DNA of 64,000 bases from Calditrichia bacterium (GTDB lineage: Bacteria > Calditrichota > Calditrichia > JAJRVZ01): NCBI GenBank assembly GCA_963777955.1, contig CAVZSQ010000022.1:128001-192000 (forward strand), in the 5' to 3' direction. Below, piece by piece: positions 10,208 through 21,702 of this stretch. Positions within the stretch are counted from its first letter, which is position 1; each line of letters begins with the position of its first letter. Under the pieces are notes generated by a model, which had not been told where the DNA came from, searched no databases, and worked only from the letters and a program-made list of their open reading frames with translations. The position numbers and the translations under genes were made by a program.

Positions 10208-10308
10208 CCTGAAACTGACGTCTAAGTTCTATCATCACTAAAATAAGGAATGTTTTTAGGGTTAGTTTTTGTTATGTATATTAGAGATAAGGCGGAGATA
10301 GAGGACAA

Positions 10309-11706
10309 TTGACCATGAGTATACTCTGTAAAATAATCGACGTATCTTTATATATTAAAAGATGTGTATTGGCCATACTACCCGCCCGGAAATTATGGCC
10401 CGGATTGTTATTTGTGACGGTCTTATTTTGCAGTAATTATTCATGGGCCCAGAATATCCGGCAATTGACCCTGCAACAGGCTGTACAATTAGCCCTGCGG
10501 GAAAATATCAATCTGCAGCAGGCACAAAACCAGTACCAGCGCAGTACCATTGATTGGCGGCAGGCACGCTCTAATCTGTTCCCTGATCTGTCGGCCAGTG
10601 CCTCATTGAGCCGCGACTATCCGGCCAAGGGCAGCAATAGCCAGAGTTTCAGTGCCGCTGTCAGCAGCAGTCTGAATCTTTTTAATGGTTTTGGCGATAT
10701 GGCCGGCATTCATTCGGCCAGATACAATATGCTGGCTGACCAGTCCAGTCTGGCCAGGCAGAGCGAGGCTATATCTTTCGAGATCGCCAGCCGTTATCTG
10801 CAGACGGTTCTGGATAGTGCTTTCATTGCTATCGAACAGGAAAATCTCAGATCGCAGCAACTGCAATTACAGCGGATCCAGGAATTTCAAAAAGCCGGAA
10901 ACCGTTCGATAGCCGATGTATACCAGCAAATGGCGGATATTAAACAGAGCGAATTACAGGTTTTGCAGGCATTGAATAATTATGACATAAGTTGTCTGCA
11001 GGTACTGCAAACCCTGGGCCAGCCAGCCGAAAACGAGATCAGCTTCATTGCTCCGCCGGTAAGCCGATTAGCCGCTGCCCTGCCGCAGCATCTTGATTCC
11101 ATAACCATCCAACTGGCTGTGGCAAAGCGTAATGATGCGCAGGCGCAACGCCAGCAGATTTCAGCAGCTCTTGAACAGATTCGCAGCGCACAGGCTGATT
11201 ACTGGCCTTCGTTACAACTATCAGCCAGCGGACGATCAAGTTACAGCGACCGCCTGGACACTCCGGGATTTAATGGCCAGTTTTTTGACGACAATCCCAG
11301 CGCCAGCGTCGGTTTAAACATGAGTGTTCCTTTATTCGACCGGTTGCTGACCAGTCATAGCGTTCAGCGTGCCAGGATCAATTATGCGGATCAGAATTTA
11401 AGCCTGAAGAACCTGGAATTACAAATCGGCTCGGAATTGCGCCAGGCCCTGTTAAATTATACCACGGCGGTTAAACAGCGTGAAGTGGCTCAGGCCCTGT
11501 TTCAGTACAGCAATGAAGCCTTAAAAGTTTCGGAAGAGCGCTACCGGGTCGGAGCGGTTACCTTTGTGGAGTTAAGCCAGGTACGGGCGACTTTTGTCGA
11601 TGCCTCCTACCAGCAGGTCAGCGCGGATTATAATCTATTATTGCAATATATTACGGTTTTTTATTATGCCGGGAATATCAATCAGGCCCTGGCCGTGATT
11701 TATTAG
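10309..11706 (+). CDS. TolC-family outer-membrane efflux protein
   Basis: LTLQQAVQLALREN after a signal-like segment; FPDLSASAS, LNLFNGF, WPSLQL, VPLFD and ERYRVG. The exact start is uncertain. Confidence 0.9.
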   Translation: MTMSILCKIIDVSLYIKRCVLAILPARKLWPGLLFVTVLFCSNYSWAQNIRQLTLQQAVQLALRENINLQQAQNQYQRSTIDWRQARSNLFPDLSASASLSRDYPAKGSNSQSFSAAVSSSLNLFNGFGDMAGIHSARYNMLADQSSLARQSEAISFEIASRYLQTVLDSAFIAIEQENLRSQQLQLQRIQEFQKAGNRSIADVYQQMADIKQSELQVLQALNNYDISCLQVLQTLGQPAENEISFIAPPVSRLAAALPQHLDSITIQLAVAKRNDAQAQRQQISAALEQIRSAQADYWPSLQLSASGRSSYSDRLDTPGFNGQFFDDNPSASVGLNMSVPLFDRLLTSHSVQRARINYADQNLSLKNLELQIGSELRQALLNYTTAVKQREVAQALFQYSNEALKVSEERYRVGAVTFVELSQVRATFVDASYQQVSADYNLLLQYITVFYYAGNINQALAVIY

Positions 11707-11729
11707 TGCAGAGCAGGAAGGATAGTGTA

Positions 11730-13007
11730 ATGAAAAAGAAAGTGATTGTCGCTGCCGTCATTTTACTGGGATTGGTACTACTGATTTACGGTATCTATAA
11801 TTTCAGTGGTGGAAATAGTAATAATAAGTTTCAACTGGCTGATATCAGCCGCGGGGATCTGGTTACTACCATTTCCAGCAGCGGAACCCTGAGTCCGGTT
11901 ACCACCGTGGATGTGGGTACCCAGGTCTCGGGAACCCTGGCCCGGATTTTTGTGGACTTCAACGATGTGGTCAAAAAAGGGCAGTTGCTGGCGGTGCTGG
12001 ATACGGTGATGCTCAAGGCCTCGCTGGTAGATGCCGATGCGGGCGTGCAGCGTTCGGAAGCCTTGCTGGAACAAGCGCAACTGGATTATAACCGCAACAA
12101 GCCGCTCTATGAAAAAAACCTGATTTCAGAGGCCGAGTTTTTACCTTACCAGATAAATTTAAAAACACAGAGGGCAAATGTAAAATCAGCTCAGGCATCT
12201 TACCAGCGCGCCGAACGGAATCTGAAATATGCCGTAATCTGCTCACCTATTGCCGGAACAGTAATCCAGCGCAATGTTGAAGAAGGTCAGACGGTAGCGG
12301 CAAGTTTTTCCACGCCGACTCTGTTTAAAATCGCCGAAGATCTGTCCCAGATGGAAATCCTGGCTGATGTGGATGAAAGCGATATCGGCTTAATCAAGGA
12401 GGGCCAGCCGGTGCGTTTTGATGTACAGGCCTACCCTGACAAAAAGTTTGAAGGCACAGTCAACCAAAAGCGTCTGCAGCCGACGGTTGTTTCCAACGTG
12501 GTTACATATACCGTGGTGGTCAGTGCCATTAATAAAGATTATCTGCTGCTGCCGGGTATGACCGCAACCGTGGATTTTATAATCGATGAAAAGAAAGATG
12601 CACTGCTGGTACCCAATACCGCCTTACGCTTCCAGGCCCCGGAAGATATGTTGCAGAAAGCCAGGGCCGAAGCGGAAAAATTTTTTGCAGCACTGCCCGA
12701 TTCGGTCAAAGCGAAACGAGCCGGCGGCGGAATGGGGGCAGGACCGGGAGCACAGGGCCAGGGCGGTACGGAACGGCCGCAAATGGCCGGAAATTTTAAA
12801 ATGATCTGGTACATCGATGAGAATGGCAAACCGGTCGCAGACCGCGTGGTGCTGGGACAGACAGACGGTACCAATACCGAAATTGTGCGCAGCCGGAAAT
12901 TACAGGCCGGGATGAAAGTCATCATAGCCCTGGCCGGTGAAGAACAAAACCGGAAAACCACAACCACCTCCGGGCCGATGGGACCAATGGGCAGGCCGCC
13001 TTTTTAA
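11730..13007 (+). CDS. Periplasmic adaptor / membrane fusion protein (MacA-like)
   Basis: N-terminal TM; VDVGTQVSG, VDFNDVVKKGQLLA, ICSPIAGTVIQRNVEEGQTVAASFSTPTLF, VDESDIG and LLPGMTATV. Confidence 0.93.
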   Translation: MKKKVIVAAVILLGLVLLIYGIYNFSGGNSNNKFQLADISRGDLVTTISSSGTLSPVTTVDVGTQVSGTLARIFVDFNDVVKKGQLLAVLDTVMLKASLVDADAGVQRSEALLEQAQLDYNRNKPLYEKNLISEAEFLPYQINLKTQRANVKSAQASYQRAERNLKYAVICSPIAGTVIQRNVEEGQTVAASFSTPTLFKIAEDLSQMEILADVDESDIGLIKEGQPVRFDVQAYPDKKFEGTVNQKRLQPTVVSNVVTYTVVVSAINKDYLLLPGMTATVDFIIDEKKDALLVPNTALRFQAPEDMLQKARAEAEKFFAALPDSVKAKRAGGGMGAGPGAQGQGGTERPQMAGNFKMIWYIDENGKPVADRVVLGQTDGTNTEIVRSRKLQAGMKVIIALAGEEQNRKTTTTSGPMGPMGRPPF

Positions 13008-13055
13008 ACCAGCTGCTATAATTTTATCTCTGAAAGTAGTTTGAGGAAAATCATA

Positions 13056-13817
13056 ATGGATTATGTGATCGAAACCAGGAAACTTACCAAAACATTTACA
13101 ATCGGGGAGGTCTCCGTACATGCCCTGCGCGGAATCGATCTGAAAATCGCCAAAGGTGAATTCGTGGCGATAATGGGAGCTTCCGGCTCCGGAAAGTCTA
13201 CCCTGATGAATCTTCTGGGCTGCCTGGATACTCCCAGCAGCGGAGATTATTTTTTGGATGGGCGCCATATCAACGAGATGAGCCGCGACGAATATGCCGA
13301 CATTCGCAATCAAAAGATCGGATTTGTTTTCCAGGGTTTTAATCTTTTGTCACGCACCAATGCCCTGGAAAATGTGGAATTGCCGTTATTATACGACCGT
13401 CAGTTGCGAATAAAAGATCCAAAACAGGCGGCGCTGGCCGCGCTGGAGCGGGTGAACCTGCTGGATCGCAAAAGTCATGAACCGAATCAACTCTCCGGCG
13501 GACAGCAGCAGCGGGTGGCCATTGCCCGGGCCCTGGTCAATCAGCCGGCCATTATCCTGGCTGATGAACCAACCGGCAATCTGGACTCGCACACTTCGGT
13601 CGATGTTATGGCAGTATTCCAGGAATTGAATGAACAGGGTATTACAATTATTCTGGTAACCCACGAACGGGACATTGCCCAGTATACCCGGCGCATTGTC
13701 GAAATGCGCGATGGACTGATCCTGCATGATCATCCCGTGGAAAATCGCCATGATGCCAGGACCGATTTACTGGCTTTGCAGGATGAATTGATTACTGATC
13801 CAGCCGCGGTTAAGTAA
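13056..13817 (+). CDS. ABC transporter ATP-binding protein (MacB/LolD type)
   Basis: Walker [10 protein letters not shown], signature [15 protein letters not shown], Walker [12 protein letters not shown] and H-loop VTHE. Confidence 0.96.
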   Translation: MDYVIETRKLTKTFTIGEVSVHALRGIDLKIAKGEFVAIMGASGSGKSTLMNLLGCLDTPSSGDYFLDGRHINEMSRDEYADIRNQKIGFVFQGFNLLSRTNALENVELPLLYDRQLRIKDPKQAALAALERVNLLDRKSHEPNQLSGGQQQRVAIARALVNQPAIILADEPTGNLDSHTSVDVMAVFQELNEQGITIILVTHERDIAQYTRRIVEMRDGLILHDHPVENRHDARTDLLALQDELITDPAAVK

Positions 13818-13844
13818 CCATTTGGATTGAGGAGTTGTGCAGTT

Positions 13845-15071
13845 ATGTTACGGTTATATTTCATCATTAAGGCAGCATATAAAAGTTTGTTGAAAAACCG
13901 CACCCGCAGTTTACTCACCTCGCTGGGTATTATCATCGGCGTCAGTGCGGTAATTGTAATGGTGGCGATCGGGGCAGGATCACAGGAAATGATTGCCCGC
14001 AGTATTGATTCACTGGGCAGCAACCTGATTATCGTTTATCCCGGTGTCAGCCGCAGCGGGGGTGTCAGCCGCGGATCCGGAAGTGTTAATCGTATTACAC
14101 TGGAAAATGTGGAGAAACTAAAAAAAGAGGCAACACTGATAGACAAAATTTCCCCGATTGTGCGCAGCGGCGGCCAGATCATCGGCGGGCAGGGAAACTG
14201 GTTTACCTCGGTTTTTGGTGTTTCAACCGATTATTTCGATATACGCTCGATGCAGGTTGAATCAGGCGAATTTTTCAGCGAACGAGATATCCGGGCCCGT
14301 AAAAAAGTGGCAATTCTGGGTAAAACAGTTGCTGATAATCTCTTTCCCAACCAGGATCCCAGTGGTGCAAAAATCCGTATCCGTAACGTGCCTTTTACGG
14401 TGATCGGTGTGTTAAAAGCCAAAGGCCAGAGCGCCATGGGTTCGGATCAGGATGACCTGATCCTGGCGCCCTATACCACTGTCTTATACCGGCTGCGCGG
14501 GCATTGGGGCATGCATGTCGATATGATCAACATCAGCGCCGTAAATAAAGAGCAGATTAAACCAGCCGAACAGGAAATCCGCGGTATTATGCGTGCGGCA
14601 CACCGCCTGGAAGTGGGCCAGGATGATGATTTTACTATTCGTGACCAGGAGGAAATAACCGAAACGGCATCGCAAACCTCGCGGGTGATGACCCTGCTGC
14701 TGGGCTCCATCGCAGCCGTGTCCCTGATTGTCGGCGGGATCGGGATCATGAACATCATGCTGGTATCGGTCACGGAACGGACGCGCGAGATAGGTATCCG
14801 TATGTCGGTGGGAGCACGCAGCGGCGATATCCTGTCCCAGTTTCTGACCGAAGCCACCGTGCTCAGCCTGGCCGGCGGCATTATCGGGATATTATTATCG
14901 TTCGGGATTTCATACATTTTGAATCATTTTACGGAAATTGATGCGTTGATCCAGTTGCCGGTGGTGATTATGGCTGTGCTGTTTTCCGGTATAGTGGGAA
15001 TTTTCTTCGGCTTCTATCCGGCCAGAAAAGCCGCTGCGCTCAATCCGATCGATGCCCTGCGTTATGAATAA
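13845..15071 (+). CDS. ABC transporter permease (MacB/FtsX type)
   Basis: RSLLTSLGIIIGVSAVIVMVAIG, VGGIGIMNIMLVSVTERTREIGIRMSVGA and FGFYPARKAAALNPIDALRYE. Confidence 0.95.
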   Translation: MLRLYFIIKAAYKSLLKNRTRSLLTSLGIIIGVSAVIVMVAIGAGSQEMIARSIDSLGSNLIIVYPGVSRSGGVSRGSGSVNRITLENVEKLKKEATLIDKISPIVRSGGQIIGGQGNWFTSVFGVSTDYFDIRSMQVESGEFFSERDIRARKKVAILGKTVADNLFPNQDPSGAKIRIRNVPFTVIGVLKAKGQSAMGSDQDDLILAPYTTVLYRLRGHWGMHVDMINISAVNKEQIKPAEQEIRGIMRAAHRLEVGQDDDFTIRDQEEITETASQTSRVMTLLLGSIAAVSLIVGGIGIMNIMLVSVTERTREIGIRMSVGARSGDILSQFLTEATVLSLAGGIIGILLSFGISYILNHFTEIDALIQLPVVIMAVLFSGIVGIFFGFYPARKAAALNPIDALRYE

Positions 15072-15120
15072 AGCAAAAAAGCAGGGCTACCCGTTGTTTA
15101 ACTGATTTCCGGCAGCATGC

Positions 15121-17365
15121 CTACAGATTGAACAGGTAAGTAAATTTAATAAGTAAAGTCCGGTTTTCACTCCGGGTTTGTATGCCTGATAAATCCAATA
15201 ACTCGTTATAAACAATAAACAGATCGCTGCCCGGTCTGTGAATAAAGTTAATCAGCAGATTGCTGCTGATCTCCCGGCTGTCGCTGTTCCACTGAATAAA
15301 TGGTTTGACGAACAGGCGCGGATTGAAAGAATAAACCAGGCGCAGTCCGAGAATTGAGGTATTAAAATCACCAGACACAAGATGGGCGTTGTTATAGTCC
15401 AGCATCAAATTTGTTGTAAGATGAGCCCCGATCTTAAGATTTAATTTCAGCCCGTAACTGGTTAAGTTTCCATTATAAAATCCACCGCTGCGCCAGCTGA
15501 ATAATGCAGAAAGAAAGCGGCTTTTATCTGTCTGGAATTCGGCATAAATATTTTCAAAGCGGTAAACATCCACGGGTATGATTACATCATCAAAAATCTC
15601 GAATTCTTCGGTTAATCTTTCGTAATTCAGCAAATATAAAAATAACAGATACGATCCATTGTTGAACAGGGCCCAAAAACCGGGATAATTCAGACGGGTT
15701 TGTAACTGGCCATTCTGACTGCTCAGATAATTGAAATCGTTAAAGAAATAGATCTGACGGATGCTCAGTATTCCGGGGCGTGGTGAATAGGAGGCATATA
15801 AATCGGTTCGGCGGATATCAGTACGCGGGAAAAATCCCATTTCGGCATTGAAATTTTCCTGGATACTGCTCTGGGCCGCGAGAAAAATCCAGCTGTCATC
15901 CAAATAGAAAAAGTCCAGATAACCGGCGTAATCCTGCCCGTACTGATTGGCAGTGAATGAGCGGGCCAGGTAACCGCTCAACTGAATATTTTGAGACAGC
16001 ATTAAATTCAGATCCACTGCTATATTGCGGTTAAAGGACGAATCTTCGAGTGATTGTTTATTAAGGCCGATTACGCCAAGGGCCGAGTTGTTGAAAATGG
16101 TTTTTTTAACTCTGAACACGGAAAAATTGGTACGACCGATGGAAACCGCTTGCTCATCATCGTTTACATAATCGATTCCTTCAGCCAGTATATTCAAGAG
16201 GCCAATATCGAATCCTGCTGTTTTTCCGGTCAGTTTCAATCCACCGATCAGCGGCATTGGCTCATTATCTTCGGATAGACCCAGGCGGCGGCTGAAGAAG
16301 AGCATGCTGGGCATGAAGTAGGGATTAAACATTCTTTCACTGCAATTAAAGGTACTTGCTCCTTCCAGAAAAAATTCACGTTTTTCCGGAAAAAACAACT
16401 CGAAACGGGTCAGATTAACCTGTTCCTGATCGGCTTCCACCTGGGCAAAATCCGTATTCCAGGTTAACGCTGCCGTCAAGTTCGGGGTGATTAAATATCT
16501 GGCGTCAAGGCCCAAATTCAGTTTTTCTTCATAATGCTCGCTTTGGTTATAATCACGCTGTACACCGGTCAAAGTAAATGGTTTAATTTCCCAGCGGGTA
16601 GGACTTTGGACGTTTTGAATCCCGCTAAGATGGCCGAAGGTAGAGAGATGGTATTTTCCCCAGAAACCGTACTCTCTCAATATAGGCGACCAGAATGCTT
16701 CCTCGCGTTTACGGGGAATAATACGGGCGATGTTAAGTCCCCAGGTCATCTGTTCGGCGGTTTTAAAGCGCAGTGTTTTGAAAGGAATAGCAATTTCAGC
16801 ATGCCAGCCGGTACTATCGATGCTGGAAGCATTTGTCCAGACACCATTCCAATCCCAGTTCTGGACTTCATCTATCAGATTGGCCAGGATGATTCCATCC
16901 CGTTGAGCGCCCAGGGCATTGGTGGAAAAATAGAAGGCCGATTGATGGTCGTGGTAAGTATCCAGGTAAATCTCCAGACAATCATTATCCAGCAGATTCT
17001 GATCCCGGCGCATTTCATTGGCGACTATTTCAGCCGGTTGCACATCGTGACAGTGAATGCCAAAGTACAGGTTATCTTCATCGTAATAAATTAATATCTC
17101 GGTTTTTTCAGAAACCGGCAATCCAGCATTGGGTTCACGCTGGATCAAGCGATCAAGCAAAGTGGCCTGTCGCCAATGAGCTTCATCCAGCCGGCCATCA
17201 ATATGCAGGAGTCTGATTGAGTTTGATTATATGTATAGTTTGGGTGGTATCCGAACTGTGTGCCGCCGGATGTTGTCCCGATCCGGTTTTAAACCCAAGT
17301 AATAACCATAGCAACACAATAGAATATAAGTGCACTCCTCTGAAGAATAATATCGCTCTTACCAT
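15121..17365 (-). CDS. CBM9-like + DUF5916 outer-membrane protein, frame break near 17206
   Basis: The signal-like N-terminus from ATG 17365 joins PHIDGRLDEAHWRQA. Motifs YDEDNLYFGIHC, WHAEIAIPFKTLRF and NTDFAQVEAD...NLTRFELFFPEKREFFLEG; C-terminal KFTYLFNL. Confidence 0.8.
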
Positions 17366-17602
17366 AAGGCAAGCATTATGATGAAAGTAAACTGATTTAA
17401 AGATATACTAATTTTACAGGCAATTTAGCGAATTATCGATGGATTTGGAATAGAAAATGCGTTGGTATTTGTAGTGCTTGCCGGCAATGGTGTGACACCA
17501 GGCATTCAGATTTTTATAAAAACTAGTTTTATCTAGTCCCTGAATACTATAAATTCTCACAAAATACAGAACTTTATACCGGTTAAATGATACGTATGGC
17601 GA

Positions 17603-18514
17603 ATGAATAAATTTGATCTGTGCCTGGCCTGGAATTGGGAATATGATGCAGATTTTATAAAAGTGATGCTGGAAACCTGCCGGAGCCGCCAATTATCACT
17701 GCTGCAGGTGCTGCCCGAAAACCTTAATGATACACTAACAGCTCTGACTAATCAGCAAATTGTTTTCTCGTCTTTTTTAGACCGTGCTTCGGAAGCGGAT
17801 GTCCGTTTCAGGCCGCTGGTCAGCTGGGCTTATGAGCATAATCGCTATTGTCTCAATCGTCATGAGCATGCTGCCCGCAGTTGTGACAAAGCCACCATGC
17901 ATTATACGCTGATAAATGCCGGGATTTATACTCCCTATACGATCATCCTGCCATCTTATGAAGAACAGCCTGTCCTCACTTCGCTTGATCTGGATCCGCT
18001 GGGGAAAAAGTTCATTATTAAACCGGCCCATGGCGGCGGCGGCGAGGGGGTAATTACCGAGGCTATCTCACTGGCACAGGTTCTGGCAGCCCGGCGGGAG
18101 CATGCCCAGGACCGCTACCTGCTGCAGGCATTGATTGTACCCAAAGCAATCGATTCACGCCTGGCCTGGTTTCGGGTGCTGTATTGCGGGGGAGGAATCT
18201 ATCCTTGCTGGTGGAATACCCGGACCAAAATATATATTCCGCTGATCCCGGCCGAAGAAGAGCAATATAACCTGGGTTCTTTAAAAGAGATTACAACTTC
18301 TATCGCGCAACTGAGCGGGCTGGACCTGTTCTCGACCGAAATTGCTTTAACAGCCGAAGGTCATTATGTGGTAGTGGATTATGTCAATGATCAGCCTGAT
18401 TTACGATTGCAGTCCAGAGCAATTGATGGCGTTCCGGACCGAATCGTACAGGATATTGCGGCACGGATTACCGAATTAGTGTCCAGTCATTTCCCCCCGG
18501 CCGGACAGAACTAA
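17603..18514 (+). CDS. ATP-grasp fold protein of unknown function
   Basis: DKATMH, FIIKPAHGGGGEGV, YLLQALI and YVVVDYVND follow the ATP-grasp motif order. Confidence 0.65.
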   Translation: MNKFDLCLAWNWEYDADFIKVMLETCRSRQLSLLQVLPENLNDTLTALTNQQIVFSSFLDRASEADVRFRPLVSWAYEHNRYCLNRHEHAARSCDKATMHYTLINAGIYTPYTIILPSYEEQPVLTSLDLDPLGKKFIIKPAHGGGGEGVITEAISLAQVLAARREHAQDRYLLQALIVPKAIDSRLAWFRVLYCGGGIYPCWWNTRTKIYIPLIPAEEEQYNLGSLKEITTSIAQLSGLDLFSTEIALTAEGHYVVVDYVNDQPDLRLQSRAIDGVPDRIVQDIAARITELVSSHFPPAGQN

Positions 18515-18526
18515 AGTAAGGATGTT

Positions 18527-19654
18527 ATGAAAGTACATGTTCAGGAAGTAATTAACAATTCCTCGCTGAAAAGATTTGTCGCTTTTCCTTTTTCACTTTA
18601 TACCGGGCATAAATGCTGGGTACCCCCTTTACACCTGGATGAACTGAGGACCCTGCGCAAAGACAAAAATCCGGCTTTTGAGTTTTGCGAGGCCAAATAC
18701 TGGCTGGCCTGGCAGGATAACCGCATTGTTGGCCGGATCGCCGGCATCATCAATCATAAATTTAATCAGAAGGTGGGTAAAAATTATCTGCGTTTCGGCT
18801 GGATAGATTTTGTCGATGATGCAGAAGTAACCCGGGAACTTTTTACCGCCCTGGAATCATGGGGCCGGGAAAGGAATATGCATTTTATTCATGGTCCCCT
18901 GGGTTTCACGGACATGGATTATGAGGGTATGCTGATTGAAGGATTTGAGGAACTTGGTACTCTGGCTACGATTTATAACTATCCATACTATCCGTCTCAT
19001 CTGGAAAGACTGGGTTACCGCAAAGATATCGATTGGCTGGAATATGAATTAATACCACCCCAACAGATACCGGAAAAAATTTCCAGGGTTGCCGCAGGTA
19101 TTGCTGAACGGTATGATCTTAGATTATTAAAAGTAAAAAAGGCCAGGGAAATATTACCGTATGCGCATCAAATATTTGAAGTATTGAATAGTGCTTATGA
19201 TCAACTATACGGCTTCGTACCCCTGACCGGGAAGCAGATTGATTATTATATCAAACAGTATTTCAGTTTTATCATCCCCGAATATGTACCGGTGGTGCTG
19301 GACCGGAACGATAAAGTGGTAGCCTTTGGTATTACCATGCCTTCGATGTCCAGGGCGCTGCAGAAAAGCAAGGGTAAACTTTTTCCCTTTGGGATCATCC
19401 ATCTGCTGAAGGCGATGAAAAATAATCATAATGTTGATCTATACCTGACTGCGGTGCGTCCGGATATGCAGAATAAAGGGGTTAACGCGATGCTGATCAA
19501 TGAAATGAACAAGATTTATGTAAAGAATAAAATTAGTCACGTCGAATCCAATCCCGAATTAGAGGAAAACCAGAAGATCCAGGCTCAGTGGCGATTAATC
19601 AGTTACCGCCAGCACAAACGCCGCAGATGTTATATTAAAGAAATATTAAGATAA
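18527..19654 (+). CDS. Tandem-GNAT N-acyltransferase (YghO / bacterial ceramide synthase-like family)
   Basis: WVPPL..DE, NPAFEFC, VGRIAGIIN, RFGWIDF, GPLGFTDMDYEGMLIEGF, YNYPYY and AVRPDMQNKGVNA. Confidence 0.75.
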   Translation: MKVHVQEVINNSSLKRFVAFPFSLYTGHKCWVPPLHLDELRTLRKDKNPAFEFCEAKYWLAWQDNRIVGRIAGIINHKFNQKVGKNYLRFGWIDFVDDAEVTRELFTALESWGRERNMHFIHGPLGFTDMDYEGMLIEGFEELGTLATIYNYPYYPSHLERLGYRKDIDWLEYELIPPQQIPEKISRVAAGIAERYDLRLLKVKKAREILPYAHQIFEVLNSAYDQLYGFVPLTGKQIDYYIKQYFSFIIPEYVPVVLDRNDKVVAFGITMPSMSRALQKSKGKLFPFGIIHLLKAMKNNHNVDLYLTAVRPDMQNKGVNAMLINEMNKIYVKNKISHVESNPELEENQKIQAQWRLISYRQHKRRRCYIKEILR

Positions 19655-19659
19655 AAAGT

Positions 19660-19755
19660 TACACGGAGTGCCACGGCGAAACTACTAAATTAGGATTAAA
19701 ATAATCAAATTCTACTCTGTGTTACTCTATGATCTCTCCGTGGAACTCCGTGTAA
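19660..19755. repeat. Degenerate ACACGGAG/CTCCGTG inverted repeat between convergent genes
   Basis: TTACACGGAGTGCCACGG pairs with CCGTGGAACTCCGTGTAA; extra CTCTGTG units lie between them. Confidence 0.6.
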
Positions 19756-19775
19756 TAAAAATACCATTAATAACC

Positions 19776-20492
19776 TTATTCCACAAACATATAACCCGCG
19801 CCGCGGATACTCTTTATATAAACCGGATTTTCGGGATCGGGTTCGAAATATTTTCTCAGCCGCACAATAAAGTTATCCACCGTTCGCGTTTCGATATCGG
19901 GAGCCTGCTTCCAGACTTTTTCCAGAATTTCCTGGCGGGAAATGATTTTTCCTTTATTCTCTATCAGATATTTTAATACCATCGCTTCACGCAGGGTCAG
20001 ATGAATTTCCTGGTTGTCCCGTGTGGCGGTCAGATTCTCGAAATTTATTTCTGCCTGACCAACGCGATAGATCCCGGCAATGACCGACAGGTCTTTATAC
20101 CACATCTTTCTTTTTAACATTCCCTGTAAGCGCAGGAGCAATTCCTGCAGGTGAAAGGGCTTGGCCAGGTAATCATCAGCCCCCAGTTCCAGTCCTTTCA
20201 GGCGGTCCTTTACCCCGGTACGGGCAGTTAAGATCAGGATAGGCAGTTGCGGCGACTTGCTCCTGATCAATGCGGCTAACTCAAAACCATCCAGGTAGGG
20301 CAGCATGATGTCCAGGATGACCAGATCGAATTCGGCCGTGGTCAATAATTTTGCCGCCTGCCGGCCGTCAGCCGCACGGGTGACCTGATAACCTTCGGAG
20401 GTTAAATTATATTCCAGGCCGATGGCCAGAGAATCTTCATCTTCGACCAGAAGAATCCGCGAACCTTTGAGTTGTTCTTTATTTATTTCCAT
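19776..20492 (-). CDS. OmpR/PhoB-family response regulator
   Basis: ILLVEDE, DLVILDIMLP, LILTAR, GADDYLAKPF; winged helix RTVDNFIVRLRK...IRGAGY. Confidence 0.96.
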   Translation of the reverse strand: MEINKEQLKGSRILLVEDEDSLAIGLEYNLTSEGYQVTRAADGRQAAKLLTTAEFDLVILDIMLPYLDGFELAALIRSKSPQLPILILTARTGVKDRLKGLELGADDYLAKPFHLQELLLRLQGMLKRKMWYKDLSVIAGIYRVGQAEINFENLTATRDNQEIHLTLREAMVLKYLIENKGKIISRQEILEKVWKQAPDIETRTVDNFIVRLRKYFEPDPENPVYIKSIRGAGYMFVE

Positions 20493-21501
20493 GGCTTGCT
20501 GTCCTGTCCTGTCCCCGGGATTTTTTCAACAAACGACTTGTAAACCACTTTCTGGACCGGCGGTAAATGGGCAATTCTATCCGAAAGGTAGAACCGCATT
20601 TAGTCCCGGCGCTGAATGCCGCTACGCGTCCGCCGTGCGCTTTAATGATTTCCTTAACCCAGTATAAACCCAGACCGGTTCCTTTCACACTGGGAATATT
20701 CAAACTGTACGCCCGGGCGAACTTATTGAAAATCCGTTTTTGTTCTTTATCGGGTATACCGATACCGTTATCGGTAAAATCCGCCCTGAAATATTTTTTA
20801 TCTGTTGATAATTTTATATCTATCCGAACCGGTTTCTCCGAATATTTAATGGCATTATCAAACAGGTTATTTACTACGATTTTCATGGCCCGCTGATCGA
20901 AGACACATTCACATCCGGTTTGACCCTTTACCGACACAGCAGCTGGTTCCAGATTGAATTGACTGATCGCTTCGGATATCAGTGCCTGCAGCACTTCATC
21001 ACTCTTGCCGACCTGAAAATTATAGGCCAGTTTTTTTTGCTCCAGAGCGGCGATATCGAGTATAGAATTGATCAGGGCATGCAACCGGTCGGCATCTTTC
21101 AGCATGAGCCCGACAAATTGTTTCTGATGTGGTAGAGGTACCTGTTTATCGTTCAGAGTTTCCAGATGTAACTGGATCGACGACAGCGGTGATTTCAGTT
21201 CATGGGTAATATTGGCAATAAAAGTGTCATACATGCGGGTCAGATTCAATTGCCTGGTAAGGTAAATAAAGATCATAGACATGGCCACCGAGATCAATAC
21301 CAGCAAAATCAAACCGCTGACCAGGGCCAGCACATTCATACCGCCGCTGATGATCCGCGTCGATAACCGGTTGCCGGCTTCAGACAGCAGGATGTAATTA
21401 GACACATACCAGTAGATCCATAAGCCCAGCAATGAAAACCAGGCCAGCTGGGCCAGACTGAAGAGTACAATATAGGTAACAAATGAGTTCTGTTTCTTCA
21501 T
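20479..21501 (-). CDS. Membrane sensor histidine kinase (two TMs, short loop)
   Basis: H-box ITHELKSPL, N-box NLFDNAIKYS, G1 DNGIGIP, G2 GTGLGLY; overlaps the regulator start. Confidence 0.95.
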   Translation of the reverse strand: MKKQNSFVTYIVLFSLAQLAWFSLLGLWIYWYVSNYILLSEAGNRLSTRIISGGMNVLALVSGLILLVLISVAMSMIFIYLTRQLNLTRMYDTFIANITHELKSPLSSIQLHLETLNDKQVPLPHQKQFVGLMLKDADRLHALINSILDIAALEQKKLAYNFQVGKSDEVLQALISEAISQFNLEPAAVSVKGQTGCECVFDQRAMKIVVNNLFDNAIKYSEKPVRIDIKLSTDKKYFRADFTDNGIGIPDKEQKRIFNKFARAYSLNIPSVKGTGLGLYWVKEIIKAHGGRVAAFSAGTKCGSTFRIELPIYRRSRKWFTSRLLKKSRGQDRTASHGNK

Positions 21502-21702
21502 GATCGATAGGGTCGCGGATTAATTACCAGGTAATAAAACGCATCGTTAGATCTAATTTACAGATCGCGATATCCATGTGCTAATTCCGCTTAAACTTTT
21601 ACATTAATTTTACAATCTGCCGGGAAAATTTTCCTTATAATTATATTGTAAAATTTATCCTGTTCAAGACAGACTAATATAATCATTAGCGGGAGAATCA
21701 TT

